Positions 18,144 to 26,378 of a stretch of 28,583 bases of DNA are shown here, one piece after another (within the stretch, counting starts at the first letter, position 1; each line of letters opens with the position of its first letter). The DNA is taken from assembly GCA_041736305.1 (NCBI GenBank), contig JBGSTX010000020.1:1-28583 (forward strand). Reading direction: 5' to 3'. The notes under the pieces were generated by a model. It did no database searches, had not been told where the DNA came from, and worked only from the letters and a program-made list of their open reading frames with translations. This DNA comes from Oligoflexus sp. (GTDB taxonomy: Bacteria > Bdellovibrionota_B > Oligoflexia > Oligoflexales > Oligoflexaceae). The position numbers and the translations under genes are program-made.

Positions 18144-18509
18144 ATGGATGAAGACGGGCTGGACAAGTCTCCGCGAAGTTACTTCCGTCTTGAGTATCCG
18201 CATGAAGACCGGCCGGTCCTTTGCATCAACCGAGATCGCTATCCCATCATCAATCTCTGCGAACGCGGCGTTAAGTTTGGTATTTTTAGCAAAGAGACGC
18301 AAGCTGCATTCGCACTCGATGATGAAGTTGCTGCCAGCATTGTCTTTCACGATGCGAGCAGCACCAAAATTGAAGGCAAGATTTTGCGCGTTGACTCCGA
18401 CGCTCTCGTCATCTTACTGAGCGAAGGCATTCCTCTGCAGCGCATTATGGTCGAGCAGCGCTTCCTTCTGGGCAAGTACGGCAATCTTAAACGCCCCTTC
18501 GTCAGTTAA
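18144..18509 (+). CDS. PilZ-domain protein (candidate c-di-GMP receptor)
   Basis: RxxxR motif (RSYFR) followed by NLCERG, a variant of D/NxSxxG, and a beta-rich 121-aa body. Confidence 0.8.
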   Translation: MDEDGLDKSPRSYFRLEYPHEDRPVLCINRDRYPIINLCERGVKFGIFSKETQAAFALDDEVAASIVFHDASSTKIEGKILRVDSDALVILLSEGIPLQRIMVEQRFLLGKYGNLKRPFVS

Positions 18510-18610
18510 ATAAGTTCCGCTTTCTGCAGTCTATTTTCTGTTTTCCTCAGCTGCGTACCGCCGCCGGGTGCTGCCGCGTTGCATGCTTTTAGGCGCAAGG
18601 GCTATCGACT

Positions 18611-19297
18611 ATGGCTTCTCCTGATTCATCATCCCGAACCCACCCCCTGGTATTGCTCACTCTCTTGGGCTGCCTAGGCATTTCTTTTATCATGTTGATT
18701 CGCCGAGGTGATGAGATTCCGGGGGTGAGCGAACGAGGCATAGGCCGCGGCCTCAGCTCCCATGCTGAGACACAGCGCATGAAGCAGGACCTGCACAAGG
18801 CTTTTCTCGGGATCAATGCCTGGGAGGAGCTCTGTCGCGATCCGCAAGCCTTTCTCAGCCGTTTATCCTTGGATGGTGTGCGACATTTGCGTGTGGAAAA
18901 CCCGCTCTGGGAAAAAGCACGACCCAACTTTCCTTCGACTGAACGTGACGCCTCCTTTCGTTGCCGCTCTGCCCACTTTGAACCCGACGAGCTCCGCTCG
19001 AAGTTCTGTTTTAACGTGGCCGGCGCCGCTCCGCTGGAAGCGAATGACGTAAACATGCTCGAACTTAATCTAGAGTGGTATGGGAAAAAAGATCCGCGGC
19101 GCCCCCTAAGCTGCACCGAGGCCCTGGCGAGCGATTCAGATCTCGAATTGGCCGTCTATTACAGCTACTACCGCGCTCTCGATCGGAAGGCAGAGGAATG
19201 GACTTTCCTCCGCTTAGCAGGAGGGATGCGTCTGGTGCCGCTCCGCTTCAAAATGCTTTCTAGTTCTGCGCCGTCTGTTCTCTCGACCGGAGGCTGA
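18611..19297 (+). CDS. Hypothetical protein with N-terminal membrane anchor
   Basis: 228-aa ORF filling the gap, with one hydrophobic segment and four downstream Cys. Confidence 0.6.
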   Translation: MASPDSSSRTHPLVLLTLLGCLGISFIMLIRRGDEIPGVSERGIGRGLSSHAETQRMKQDLHKAFLGINAWEELCRDPQAFLSRLSLDGVRHLRVENPLWEKARPNFPSTERDASFRCRSAHFEPDELRSKFCFNVAGAAPLEANDVNMLELNLEWYGKKDPRRPLSCTEALASDSDLELAVYYSYYRALDRKAEEWTFLRLAGGMRLVPLRFKMLSSSAPSVLSTGG

Positions 19298-19304
19298 GCG
19301 CCAC

Positions 19305-19339
19305 AAAAAAAGCGACGGAGGCTCTCACCTCTCGCCGCT
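19305..19339 (-). terminator. Rho-independent terminator
   Basis: Minus strand AGCGGCGAGAGG-TGAGAG-CCTCCGTCGCT followed by a T-tract, just after the stop at 19361. Confidence 0.75.
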
Positions 19340-19360
19340 CGCATTTTCTTAATCTCTCTC

Positions 19361-20245
19361 TTAGAGCATCGACTTAAACCAGCAGTTGGGGCGTGATCCG
19401 AATTGGATACGTGCACCGGCTCCACAAGAAACGCCTAGAGCTTCGAGTTCGGCCTTAGCGCTGTTGCGCGCGTTGCCTAGGCGCTTGCCCGGGATGACGT
19501 TGCTATCAAAAGCAGCTGCACAGAGAGCGCCGGCCATGTAGGTATCGAGGCGGCATTGTCCAGCAGGATGCGCATGATAAGTCGATTTCACGACTTTAAC
19601 ATCTGGTGTATTCCAGCTGTTTTTAGTGCCCTCTAGAGCAGCCAGGAGGTCAGCCGTTGAACGACCTGCCATCATCAAGCGGTAGCAGAGGTTCTGATCT
19701 TGAGTGTTGCGGTAGATGGTATCGCACTGCGCTTTAGGATAAGCGTCGACAAGGCTACGGAAGCGGGCGTTGGCTTCGTAATCGTCTTTCCAGAGGAGAC
19801 GACCGCAGCTGAGCGTCGCGAAATAATCAGACCCGCCTTCGTTGGAAGCCCAGTTGCTGGCGAATGGATAACCGCCCAGGTGATGACCGACTTCATGGCA
19901 AACAACCATGGCAAAGCCATCAGGAGTTATTTCAGGACGACGGGCTAGGCCACCGTACATGTTCACTTCCCAGCTGCCTCCCCACTGCATAGCACTAGCG
20001 TTGACAGTTGAATCATCCCAGAGGCGACTGACAGTGAATTCAGCGCCGTGATTCTTCTCAATCAGAGGTTTATAAACAGCTTCTACCTGGTCGATAATTT
20101 CATTGAAGACTTCTTCAGTGACCTTGGAATCACGCAGAAGGCCATCTTCTAGGTGGAGATTGTTAGGCGGCAGGAAGTCTGCCCGAGCGACGGAAGCAAA
20201 TAAACAAAAGCCTACCAATACCGACTCGGAGAATCGTAGAAGCAT
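19361..20245 (-). CDS. Secreted Cys-rich zinc metalloprotease (M48-like HExxH...E)
   Basis: Signal peptide ARA-D, VNASA, CHEVGHHLGG, NEGGSDYFA, HPAGQCRLDT. Confidence 0.8.
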   Translation of the reverse strand: MLLRFSESVLVGFCLFASVARADFLPPNNLHLEDGLLRDSKVTEEVFNEIIDQVEAVYKPLIEKNHGAEFTVSRLWDDSTVNASAMQWGGSWEVNMYGGLARRPEITPDGFAMVVCHEVGHHLGGYPFASNWASNEGGSDYFATLSCGRLLWKDDYEANARFRSLVDAYPKAQCDTIYRNTQDQNLCYRLMMAGRSTADLLAALEGTKNSWNTPDVKVVKSTYHAHPAGQCRLDTYMAGALCAAAFDSNVIPGKRLGNARNSAKAELEALGVSCGAGARIQFGSRPNCWFKSML

Positions 20246-20418
20246 CTTCTCTTCCTTTTTAATGGAAACTTACTCATTCCTTTATATACATGAGTTGGTT
20301 GGCCGGCCAGTACAATTTACAAAAATTTAATACTTTTGACGGACGAGTTTTGGCGGTCAGCTACTAAGCTTACACATTATTAGGTGGAAGGGAAGCTTGT
20401 TTGGACGGAGAACGAGCA

Positions 20419-20829
20419 TTATATGCTCTTCTGCACGTTCCGAGCTCTGCTTTTCTTGTGGAGCTGATCGAAGCCTTGGGTAAGGGCTTGCAGATGCGTA
20501 TCGAGTTCGAGTACGCCGTCGGCAAAGCTTTCGAGCGGAATACGGTAGCGCTTGAGCGTTAAAGCGAAGGCTAGCCAATCGAGATTCGCGAGTTGCTCAG
20601 CTTGAATGTCAGCGTAGACGACGCGATCTATCTGTCCGAGACGCACCATTTCGATCATACCTTGCAGGTCTGATCGCTGCGCCTTGTTCGCTTGGAAAAA
20701 GTCTGGCGTGAGGCGCAGCTTTTCCCAGCTGAGTCCTGCCGCCTTCATCCAAGTGCGCACCTGCTCCCAGAGAGCGGGCGAGCTTAATTTTTCTCGTTCA
20801 TTCGGCAGATAGACTACGACAAGGCCCAT
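20419..20829 (-). CDS. Hypothetical protein resembling a degenerate resolvase catalytic domain
   Basis: QRSDLQGMIEMVRLGQIDRVVY resembles the serine-recombinase segment RPGLxxLL...GxIDxVVV. No RxS catalytic motif. GGAG RBS. Confidence 0.6.
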   Translation of the reverse strand: MGLVVVYLPNEREKLSSPALWEQVRTWMKAAGLSWEKLRLTPDFFQANKAQRSDLQGMIEMVRLGQIDRVVYADIQAEQLANLDWLAFALTLKRYRIPLESFADGVLELDTHLQALTQGFDQLHKKSRARNVQKSI

Positions 20830-20900
20830 GGACTTTCGACTCCAAGCTTTCTCAAGCTTCTAGATATTGTCTCGACAAAGATGGGATGTATTCTACCTGG

Positions 20901-20936
20901 AAAAGGACGAGGACTCCAGATTGGAGTCCTCGTCTT
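20901..20936 (-). terminator. Hairpin/terminator downstream of recA
   Basis: Perfect 13-bp stem GACGAGGACTCCA/TGGAGTCCTCGTC (20906-20934) followed by CTTTT on the minus strand. Confidence 0.7.
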
Positions 20937-20952
20937 GAGCACAGGATGTTTT

Positions 20953-22059
20953 TTACTCGACAGCGGCTTTACGGCCCCTTGCTTTGGCTTCTGGCTTGCT
21001 GCCATCGGCCTCTCTTTGTCTTTTGTTATTCTTGCTGTCTTCTCCCGCATCCGCTGGGAAATTCAGCTTGAGTTTGAGCTCAGTCTCTATCGTCTGCAAA
21101 GTCTCAGGATTGTTTTCCAAGAACTCCTTGGCCTTCTCCCGCCCTTGACCCAGACGCTGCTCTTTGTAAGAGAACCAGGCGCCTGTCTTGGTGATAATTT
21201 CATGTTCGCTGCCTAGATCGATCAAATCACCGATCTTCGAGATACCGGCTCCGAAGAGCACGTCGAACTCGGCTTCCCGGAAAGGTGCCGCTACTTTATT
21301 TTTAACCACCTTCACCCGCACCCGATTGCCGACAACTTCTTCGCCTTGCTTGATAGAGGCGACGCGACGGATATCGAGGCGAACAGAGGAATAGAACTTC
21401 AAGGCGTTACCACCCGTAGTGGTCTCGGGATTGCCAAACATCACACCGATTTTCATACGGATCTGGTTGATGAAGACGACGGTACAGTTCGAGCGCGAAA
21501 CCGAACCTGTCAACTTCCGCAGAGCCTGCGACATGAGACGGGCTTGCAGACCCACATGATGGTCACCCATTTCGCCTTCGATTTCAGCTTTGGGAGTCAA
21601 AGCGGCGACAGAGTCGATGATCACGACATCGATACCTTCGCTGCGGACCAGCATATCGACGATTTCCAGGGCCTGCTCTCCGGTATCAGGCTGCGACACC
21701 AAGAGTTCGTCGAGGTTGACGCCGATTCTCTTTGCATAAGAAGTATCCAAAGCGTGCTCGGCGTCGACAAAAGCTGCTACGCCGCCAGCGCGCTGAACTT
21801 CGGCTGCGATGTGCAGAGTCAGAGTGGTTTTACCGCTGGCTTCGGGTCCAAAGATTTCAACGATACGGCCGCGGGGAATGCCACCGACGCCCAGAGCCGC
21901 ATCCAGCGACATGGATCCGGTAGAGATCGTCTGGATGCGCGAAGCCTCCTGCTCAGCCGCGCCTAAACGCATGATAGCGCCCTTGCCGAATTGCTTTTCG
22001 ATCGAGCTCATGGCTGCATCGATAGCTTTGAGGCGTTCGCCGACATTTTCAAAATTCAT
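20953..22059 (-). CDS. recA: Recombinase RecA (368 aa)
   Basis: [65 protein letters not shown] at 22059 with GGAG RBS. Confidence 0.99.
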   Translation of the reverse strand: MNFENVGERLKAIDAAMSSIEKQFGKGAIMRLGAAEQEASRIQTISTGSMSLDAALGVGGIPRGRIVEIFGPEASGKTTLTLHIAAEVQRAGGVAAFVDAEHALDTSYAKRIGVNLDELLVSQPDTGEQALEIVDMLVRSEGIDVVIIDSVAALTPKAEIEGEMGDHHVGLQARLMSQALRKLTGSVSRSNCTVVFINQIRMKIGVMFGNPETTTGGNALKFYSSVRLDIRRVASIKQGEEVVGNRVRVKVVKNKVAAPFREAEFDVLFGAGISKIGDLIDLGSEHEIITKTGAWFSYKEQRLGQGREKAKEFLENNPETLQTIETELKLKLNFPADAGEDSKNNKRQREADGSKPEAKARGRKAAVE

Positions 22060-22109
22060 AAAAAACTCCTTTGGAAACTCGTACGCTTTACAAGAAAAGC
22101 TGCTTTTTT

Positions 22110-22811
22110 CTATTGAGGTCGACGAATACGGTCGAGATTCATCAGTGTCCCTCCCACCACGGCGAGAGGTACGAACACAAACTGAGTCAAGGGTATAATC
22201 AGCCAAAGACCAAAACCTAATACTCTCCAAAAATCCTTGAACACATAGGCTAGACGCGTGCGCAGCGCCCAACCGCGGCGGGCCATCGGGTAGTCGTAGA
22301 GATCCCAAGCCACCAAGAAAGCCGTTGCAAATATAGACAGGACATTGAGTCCGGGTATCAAAAACAGGCCCAGTGAACAGATGACGATCAGCAGGACTTT
22401 TTTCAATTCTTCTGGGATCAGCGCCAAGGACCTCCAAAAGGAGATTTCTTCTACCGACCCGTATACATCCCTTTCAACCGCGGATGAGACCACCTCATAG
22501 ATGGGTGCGGCGATGATATTGGTCAAGAGCAGACTAAAGAGCAGCGACATAACCAAAGCTGCAAAATACAAAAGACCCTTGCAGAAGTAGTAGATCAAAG
22601 TCCAAGCCCAGCCCGTTCCTGGTTCGAAAAGCAGCGTCCGAACGATATCCGTCCGATACTCAACGAAGAGGATCCAGCCGCCGATCATCAGCCCCAGTCC
22701 TATGAGACTTGGTATAAAGAGGAGCAAGAGATAAAACGGATGTTTTCGCAGCCACTTCAATCCACTCCAGAAAAATCCACTGCCACGGAACAAATCACGT
22801 AAGGGATGCAT
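22110..22811 (-). CDS. EI24/CysZ-like membrane protein
   Basis: Multi-TM protein with [32 protein letters not shown] and PLAVVGGT motifs. Confidence 0.85.
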   Translation of the reverse strand: MHPLRDLFRGSGFFWSGLKWLRKHPFYLLLLFIPSLIGLGLMIGGWILFVEYRTDIVRTLLFEPGTGWAWTLIYYFCKGLLYFAALVMSLLFSLLLTNIIAAPIYEVVSSAVERDVYGSVEEISFWRSLALIPEELKKVLLIVICSLGLFLIPGLNVLSIFATAFLVAWDLYDYPMARRGWALRTRLAYVFKDFWRVLGFGLWLIIPLTQFVFVPLAVVGGTLMNLDRIRRPQ

Positions 22812-22981
22812 CGTCGTCTCTCTCTAGGCATTGCTAGTGCAGCCCTTTATAAAGAGCCCATCTCTACCGATAAAGCCTTGTACGTAAATGTAAGGCTCGA
22901 GATGGCTCGCTCAACTCTTGGTATCTCCCTGTCTCTCGCCTTTAATTTACGCATTTTTGGGCTAAAACTAAAGAGACATCC

Positions 22982-24367
22982 ATGCTGTTCAAAAGGGGCC
23001 CACGACGACGAACTGCTCACCCATACATTGATATGGTGAAGATCCTTTGTAATCGTATTTCAGCATTTGGGAAAGATAAATTCACTTGGCAGAAGCTCTC
23101 TTTTGCATTTTTTTCCCGAGCCTCCGTCAAACTTATCTTTTCTCTCTGTCTGCTCCTCCCAAGCCTTCCGGCTCAAGCCATTGAAACGGTCCTTATGCCT
23201 TGGCAGCTCTTCGGATGGGATGCTGAGTTTGTTCTACGTCACAAAGATGCACTCCAAACGATGCATCAAGCCATCAAGACATCTTGGCTCCAGAACAGCC
23301 AGAGCTTCGATCGCTGGGTGTCCGCTCAGGGGCGCACCGCCTCTCTCAACCAGCAGCGCCTCAGTCAAAGCTTAGAGATTGGGTCCCCGCGTCTGACCCT
23401 CAGTAGCGATACCTACCTCATCCCTATACTCTGCCCGGTAGGTGACAATCTGATCTTCGCGCTGCAGCTGGTCGATCTCAAATCTCAGCTTATGCTCGCC
23501 GGTACACAGCTTGTAGCTCCTATTGGCAGCTGGAAGCAGCAGCTAGCGCGAGAGGAGGCTTTCCCTTTGCTCCAGGCCTTACCGAATCTCATGCAAGAGC
23601 TTGAGATCCAGTCTAGCCGCACGTGGCAAGCAGAGCCGACCGATGCTCTGAAGCTCCGCCTAGGCCTCCTCCGCGGCAGTGACGACAGTCGCGAGGGAGC
23701 GCATCAGTGCCTCAATCTACTCCTCGCCCACAGTCTGCTCGCTGAGCAACGCATACTGGCTTCTCTAGCCGGTCTAGAAGCGACTCATATCCACGATCAA
23801 ATGCAGCTGCCGCGACCCCCACAGCGCCACAGCCGTTTCTTGCTGCTCGACTGGGGGCGAATTCCTTTAGGATCTGATTCTTTCAAGTTGGCTGCGCGCT
23901 GGGGTGAAGGAGTTTTGGGGGGTAGTATCGCTCAGGATCTCTTCGATCAGCTCAGTCTCAAACCTCGCCTCAAAGCTCCGCCTAAGCTGCAAAAACTTCT
24001 GCTCGAGGAAAAGGAGCACTTGCGTCTCAGCGATCTTCCTCAGGTTTCCAAGATCTATAAAGCATGGATCTATCTCGATCGCGGGCGAGCTTACGGCCTG
24101 GACCTCGACGACCGCCTCTATCTCAATGAGGGCGGAAGAAGGGTGAAGGGACATGTCGTAGGATTTTTCGGGCCCAAGCTTGGGATCGTCTCACCTCGCG
24201 GCTATCCGGTAAATGAGGGAGCAATCCTCTACATTCGCAAGGGCCAGCGCGACGTGAAAGTAGGCGACACCTTCAGCTTCGATCCCACGCGCTTCCCTAC
24301 TCCCTGGCCACCTGTGGCGCAACCTTCGGCAGAAGCTAGTTCTACCGAGCCAGATGCTGCGCGTTGA
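22982..24367 (+). CDS. Hypothetical exported protein; C-terminal domain resembles FlgT_C; true start probably downstream of 22982
   Basis: Long ORF with a signal-like segment ending AQA-I at about aa 50-67, and C-terminal VSKIYKAWIYLDRGRAYGLDLDDRL. Confidence 0.65.
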   Translation: MLFKRGPRRRTAHPYIDMVKILCNRISAFGKDKFTWQKLSFAFFSRASVKLIFSLCLLLPSLPAQAIETVLMPWQLFGWDAEFVLRHKDALQTMHQAIKTSWLQNSQSFDRWVSAQGRTASLNQQRLSQSLEIGSPRLTLSSDTYLIPILCPVGDNLIFALQLVDLKSQLMLAGTQLVAPIGSWKQQLAREEAFPLLQALPNLMQELEIQSSRTWQAEPTDALKLRLGLLRGSDDSREGAHQCLNLLLAHSLLAEQRILASLAGLEATHIHDQMQLPRPPQRHSRFLLLDWGRIPLGSDSFKLAARWGEGVLGGSIAQDLFDQLSLKPRLKAPPKLQKLLLEEKEHLRLSDLPQVSKIYKAWIYLDRGRAYGLDLDDRLYLNEGGRRVKGHVVGFFGPKLGIVSPRGYPVNEGAILYIRKGQRDVKVGDTFSFDPTRFPTPWPPVAQPSAEASSTEPDAAR

Positions 24368-24501
24368 GCCTATTTCTCTCCCTCGGCAGAAGCTAGTTGC
24401 CGGCGAGATGTTGAACCGTTGCACTCGATGTCCTTGGCTTTTTCGTTGCCCTGGCCTTAGCCTTTGGCGTGATCCTGATCGTCGCCTTGGAGGCTTTGCC
24501 T

Positions 24502-24864
24502 TTGGACAATTTACCTCGACTTAGCCACGAAAAATTAGAGGTCTACCAGAAGTCAATTCAGCTCCTGGTCCTTGCTACTCAGGTTTTAGCGAATACGCCG
24601 CGAGGTCATGCCGAACTCTGTGACCAGCTCAAGCGGGCAGCTCTATCGGTACCCTTGAATATTGCCGAGGCCAGTGGCCGCACTGGATCGCTTGACAATG
24701 CAAAACACTTTTCAATCGCTCGCGGCAGTGCTTTGGAGTGTGGAGCGAGTTTTGACGTTTTTCATGCCCTGCAAATACTCGATGCAAAATTATACCGGCA
24801 AGCGAAGCTTCTCATAGTCGCCGAAGTTTCCATGCTCTCCAAACTATGCATGAAGCGTGGATGA
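24502..24864 (+). CDS. Four-helix-bundle protein (23S rRNA intervening-sequence protein / bAvd-like family)
   Basis: HEKLEVYQKS, DQLKRAALSVPLNIAEASGR, FSIARGSALEC. TTG start 8 nt after GGAGG. Confidence 0.92.
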   Translation: MDNLPRLSHEKLEVYQKSIQLLVLATQVLANTPRGHAELCDQLKRAALSVPLNIAEASGRTGSLDNAKHFSIARGSALECGASFDVFHALQILDAKLYRQAKLLIVAEVSMLSKLCMKRG

Positions 24865-24882
24865 AGCGTGGATGAAGCATGG
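24850..24882 (+). repeat. Tandem 11-bp repeat x3 spanning the stop codon
   Basis: ATGAAGCGTGG ATGAAGCGTGG ATGAAGCATGG. Confidence 0.9.
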
Positions 24883-24984
24883 CAAAGGTACTTGGGCGAC
24901 GATCAGGATCAGGCCAATGGCAAAGGCTATGTTCAGGTTAAAGGCAAAGAACGTCAACGTTCCTATTGCTGAAAAAAATAAACG

Positions 24985-25926
24985 CTAGTTCTGCCGAGCC
25001 GCCTGCAACGCCAGAAGCTGCGCGTTGAGGCAGGCTATTCTCTCATGTCTTCCCAAAGTACTTGGAAACGGCTGCACCTTAAGCCCCCAGGCCTCGAGAT
25101 TATTTTTGCTTAAACGTCGAAAAACTTCCGCGACGATCTCAGGCGTGAGCAATCCGCCTGCGGGGTTCCAGGGCTCCTTTTCGCTGAGTCGGATAGGGGC
25201 GTGATTGTCCTGCCAATCACCATAGACCTGGTCATTGACCGCCGTGCCTGAAAACATAAAGCCCCAAAGTCGACCAGCATCAACCGCCGCTGCGATATGA
25301 TCAAAGACGCCTGCCGCACTACGGGTCTCTATCGCTGACCTCCCCCAATTGAGGGTAAGACCGAGGTCAAGGTCCCGCGCCACTTCCAGTTCGTCCTGGA
25401 GATCAAGAAAGCCCTTGACTACAGCATGGCTAGGATTCCAAGCATCGCAGTGCTCAAGGCAAAGGCGCGCCCCAAACCAATCCTTAGCCAGAAGCTCTTC
25501 GAGCGAGGCACGCAGCGATCGCGCGCTGGCTGACACTCCGGCTCGCCTGGGAGCTGAATGTAGATGCACAGCTTTAAACGGAGGATTTGAGCTGAAACGC
25601 TGATTAGCAGCAATCCAAAGACGCGCCCGCTCAGTAAAAGCAAGGGCAGCCTGCCGCCCACTTTCGTCATCAGAAGCCAAACCGAAATGAGGATTGTGCG
25701 CGAGAAATTGCATGACCCCGGGCAAGAGCGTGAGAATAAAATCCCAGGAACGGGGAAGCTCCGCAAGAGTACCCTCGACAGCCGACTGCCCCTCGCTATG
25801 GAAAGGCAACTCAAGACCTCGGAGGAGTGGCAGGCGGGCAATATCCTGCCAGAACTTTCTCAGTTCGTCCTCGGGCGTGTCCACAGGCAGAGTCGCACTA
25901 GCGGCATAAGCGCCTAGATAGAACAT
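24985..25926 (-). CDS. DUF4862-family protein (TIM-barrel-like)
   Basis: GAYAAS, RGLELP, FGLAS, HLHSAP, LEHCDA, LNWGRSAIE, WQDNHAP. Confidence 0.85.
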   Translation of the reverse strand: MFYLGAYAASATLPVDTPEDELRKFWQDIARLPLLRGLELPFHSEGQSAVEGTLAELPRSWDFILTLLPGVMQFLAHNPHFGLASDDESGRQAALAFTERARLWIAANQRFSSNPPFKAVHLHSAPRRAGVSASARSLRASLEELLAKDWFGARLCLEHCDAWNPSHAVVKGFLDLQDELEVARDLDLGLTLNWGRSAIETRSAAGVFDHIAAAVDAGRLWGFMFSGTAVNDQVYGDWQDNHAPIRLSEKEPWNPAGGLLTPEIVAEVFRRLSKNNLEAWGLKVQPFPSTLGRHERIACLNAQLLALQAARQN

Positions 25927-25987
25927 AGGCGCTTCACTGCTCTACCTGAACATCGTCGCCCACTTCGCAAGATACCGCTAAGCTTCT

Positions 25988-26341
25988 TCACTGTTCGACC
26001 GGAGCATCGTCGCTAGCTTTGCAAGTTACCGCGCTGCTTGAAAAGCTAAGCTTCTTCTCGCAGGCATAAAGCCGCGCGAGTTTCATAGCTTCGCAGGGAT
26101 TGCTCGACGCGAACTTCTGCCCGTTAAAACTACAGCTCGTGGGCCTGTACTCACGCGTGCAAAAGCCTTGGTCTTCGCAGCCAAGCTTGGCTACCGTAAT
26201 TTCATTCCCACCTTGAACCGCAGCCACGGGGGGAGTATCAGCTGGATCATCTACACAGGCCGAAGTCGAAGCAGCCAAAGCCGAGAAGAGGAGGAAAGCT
26301 TTCACAAAACCCATTCTGCTAAAACATCTCTGCTGACGCAT
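25988..26341 (-). CDS. Lipoprotein with Kazal-like protease-inhibitor motif
   Basis: Lipobox TSAC and six further Cys, including CTREYRPTSC...SNPCEA. Confidence 0.7.
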   Translation of the reverse strand: MRQQRCFSRMGFVKAFLLFSALAASTSACVDDPADTPPVAAVQGGNEITVAKLGCEDQGFCTREYRPTSCSFNGQKFASSNPCEAMKLARLYACEKKLSFSSSAVTCKASDDAPVEQ

Positions 26342-26378
26342 GCTGTCTCCTTCTCTTCCAGGCCCAGGGGCCGCTAGA

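Larger units (their letters stand above)
24335..25044. repeat. Degenerate direct duplication (24335-24380 vs 24984-25044) and inverted repeats (24470-24486 vs 24895-24911) around the four-helix-bundle gene
   Basis: GCTAGTTCT(A/G)CCGAGCC matches 16/17 and CCAGA(T/A)GCTGCGCGTTGAG matches 18/19. TGATCCTGATCGTCGCC and GGCGACGATCAGGATCA are exact complements. Confidence 0.85.

Noticed and set aside
22060-22200. LexA/SOS box upstream of recA
   Set aside because: No convincing match to a palindrome I could recognise.
22060-22437. 126-aa N-terminal extension of RecA
   Set aside because: It overlaps the EI24-like gene in another frame. The RBS and RecA homology begin at 22059.
219-24864. Diversity-generating retroelement (RT plus Avd-like gene)
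   Set aside because: The RT sits inside a complete group II intron 23 kb away. No template/variable repeat pair with adenine-specific mismatches was seen.
24326-24965. CRISPR array
   Set aside because: The repeats are short, inverted or directly tandem, without regular unique spacers, and there are no cas genes.
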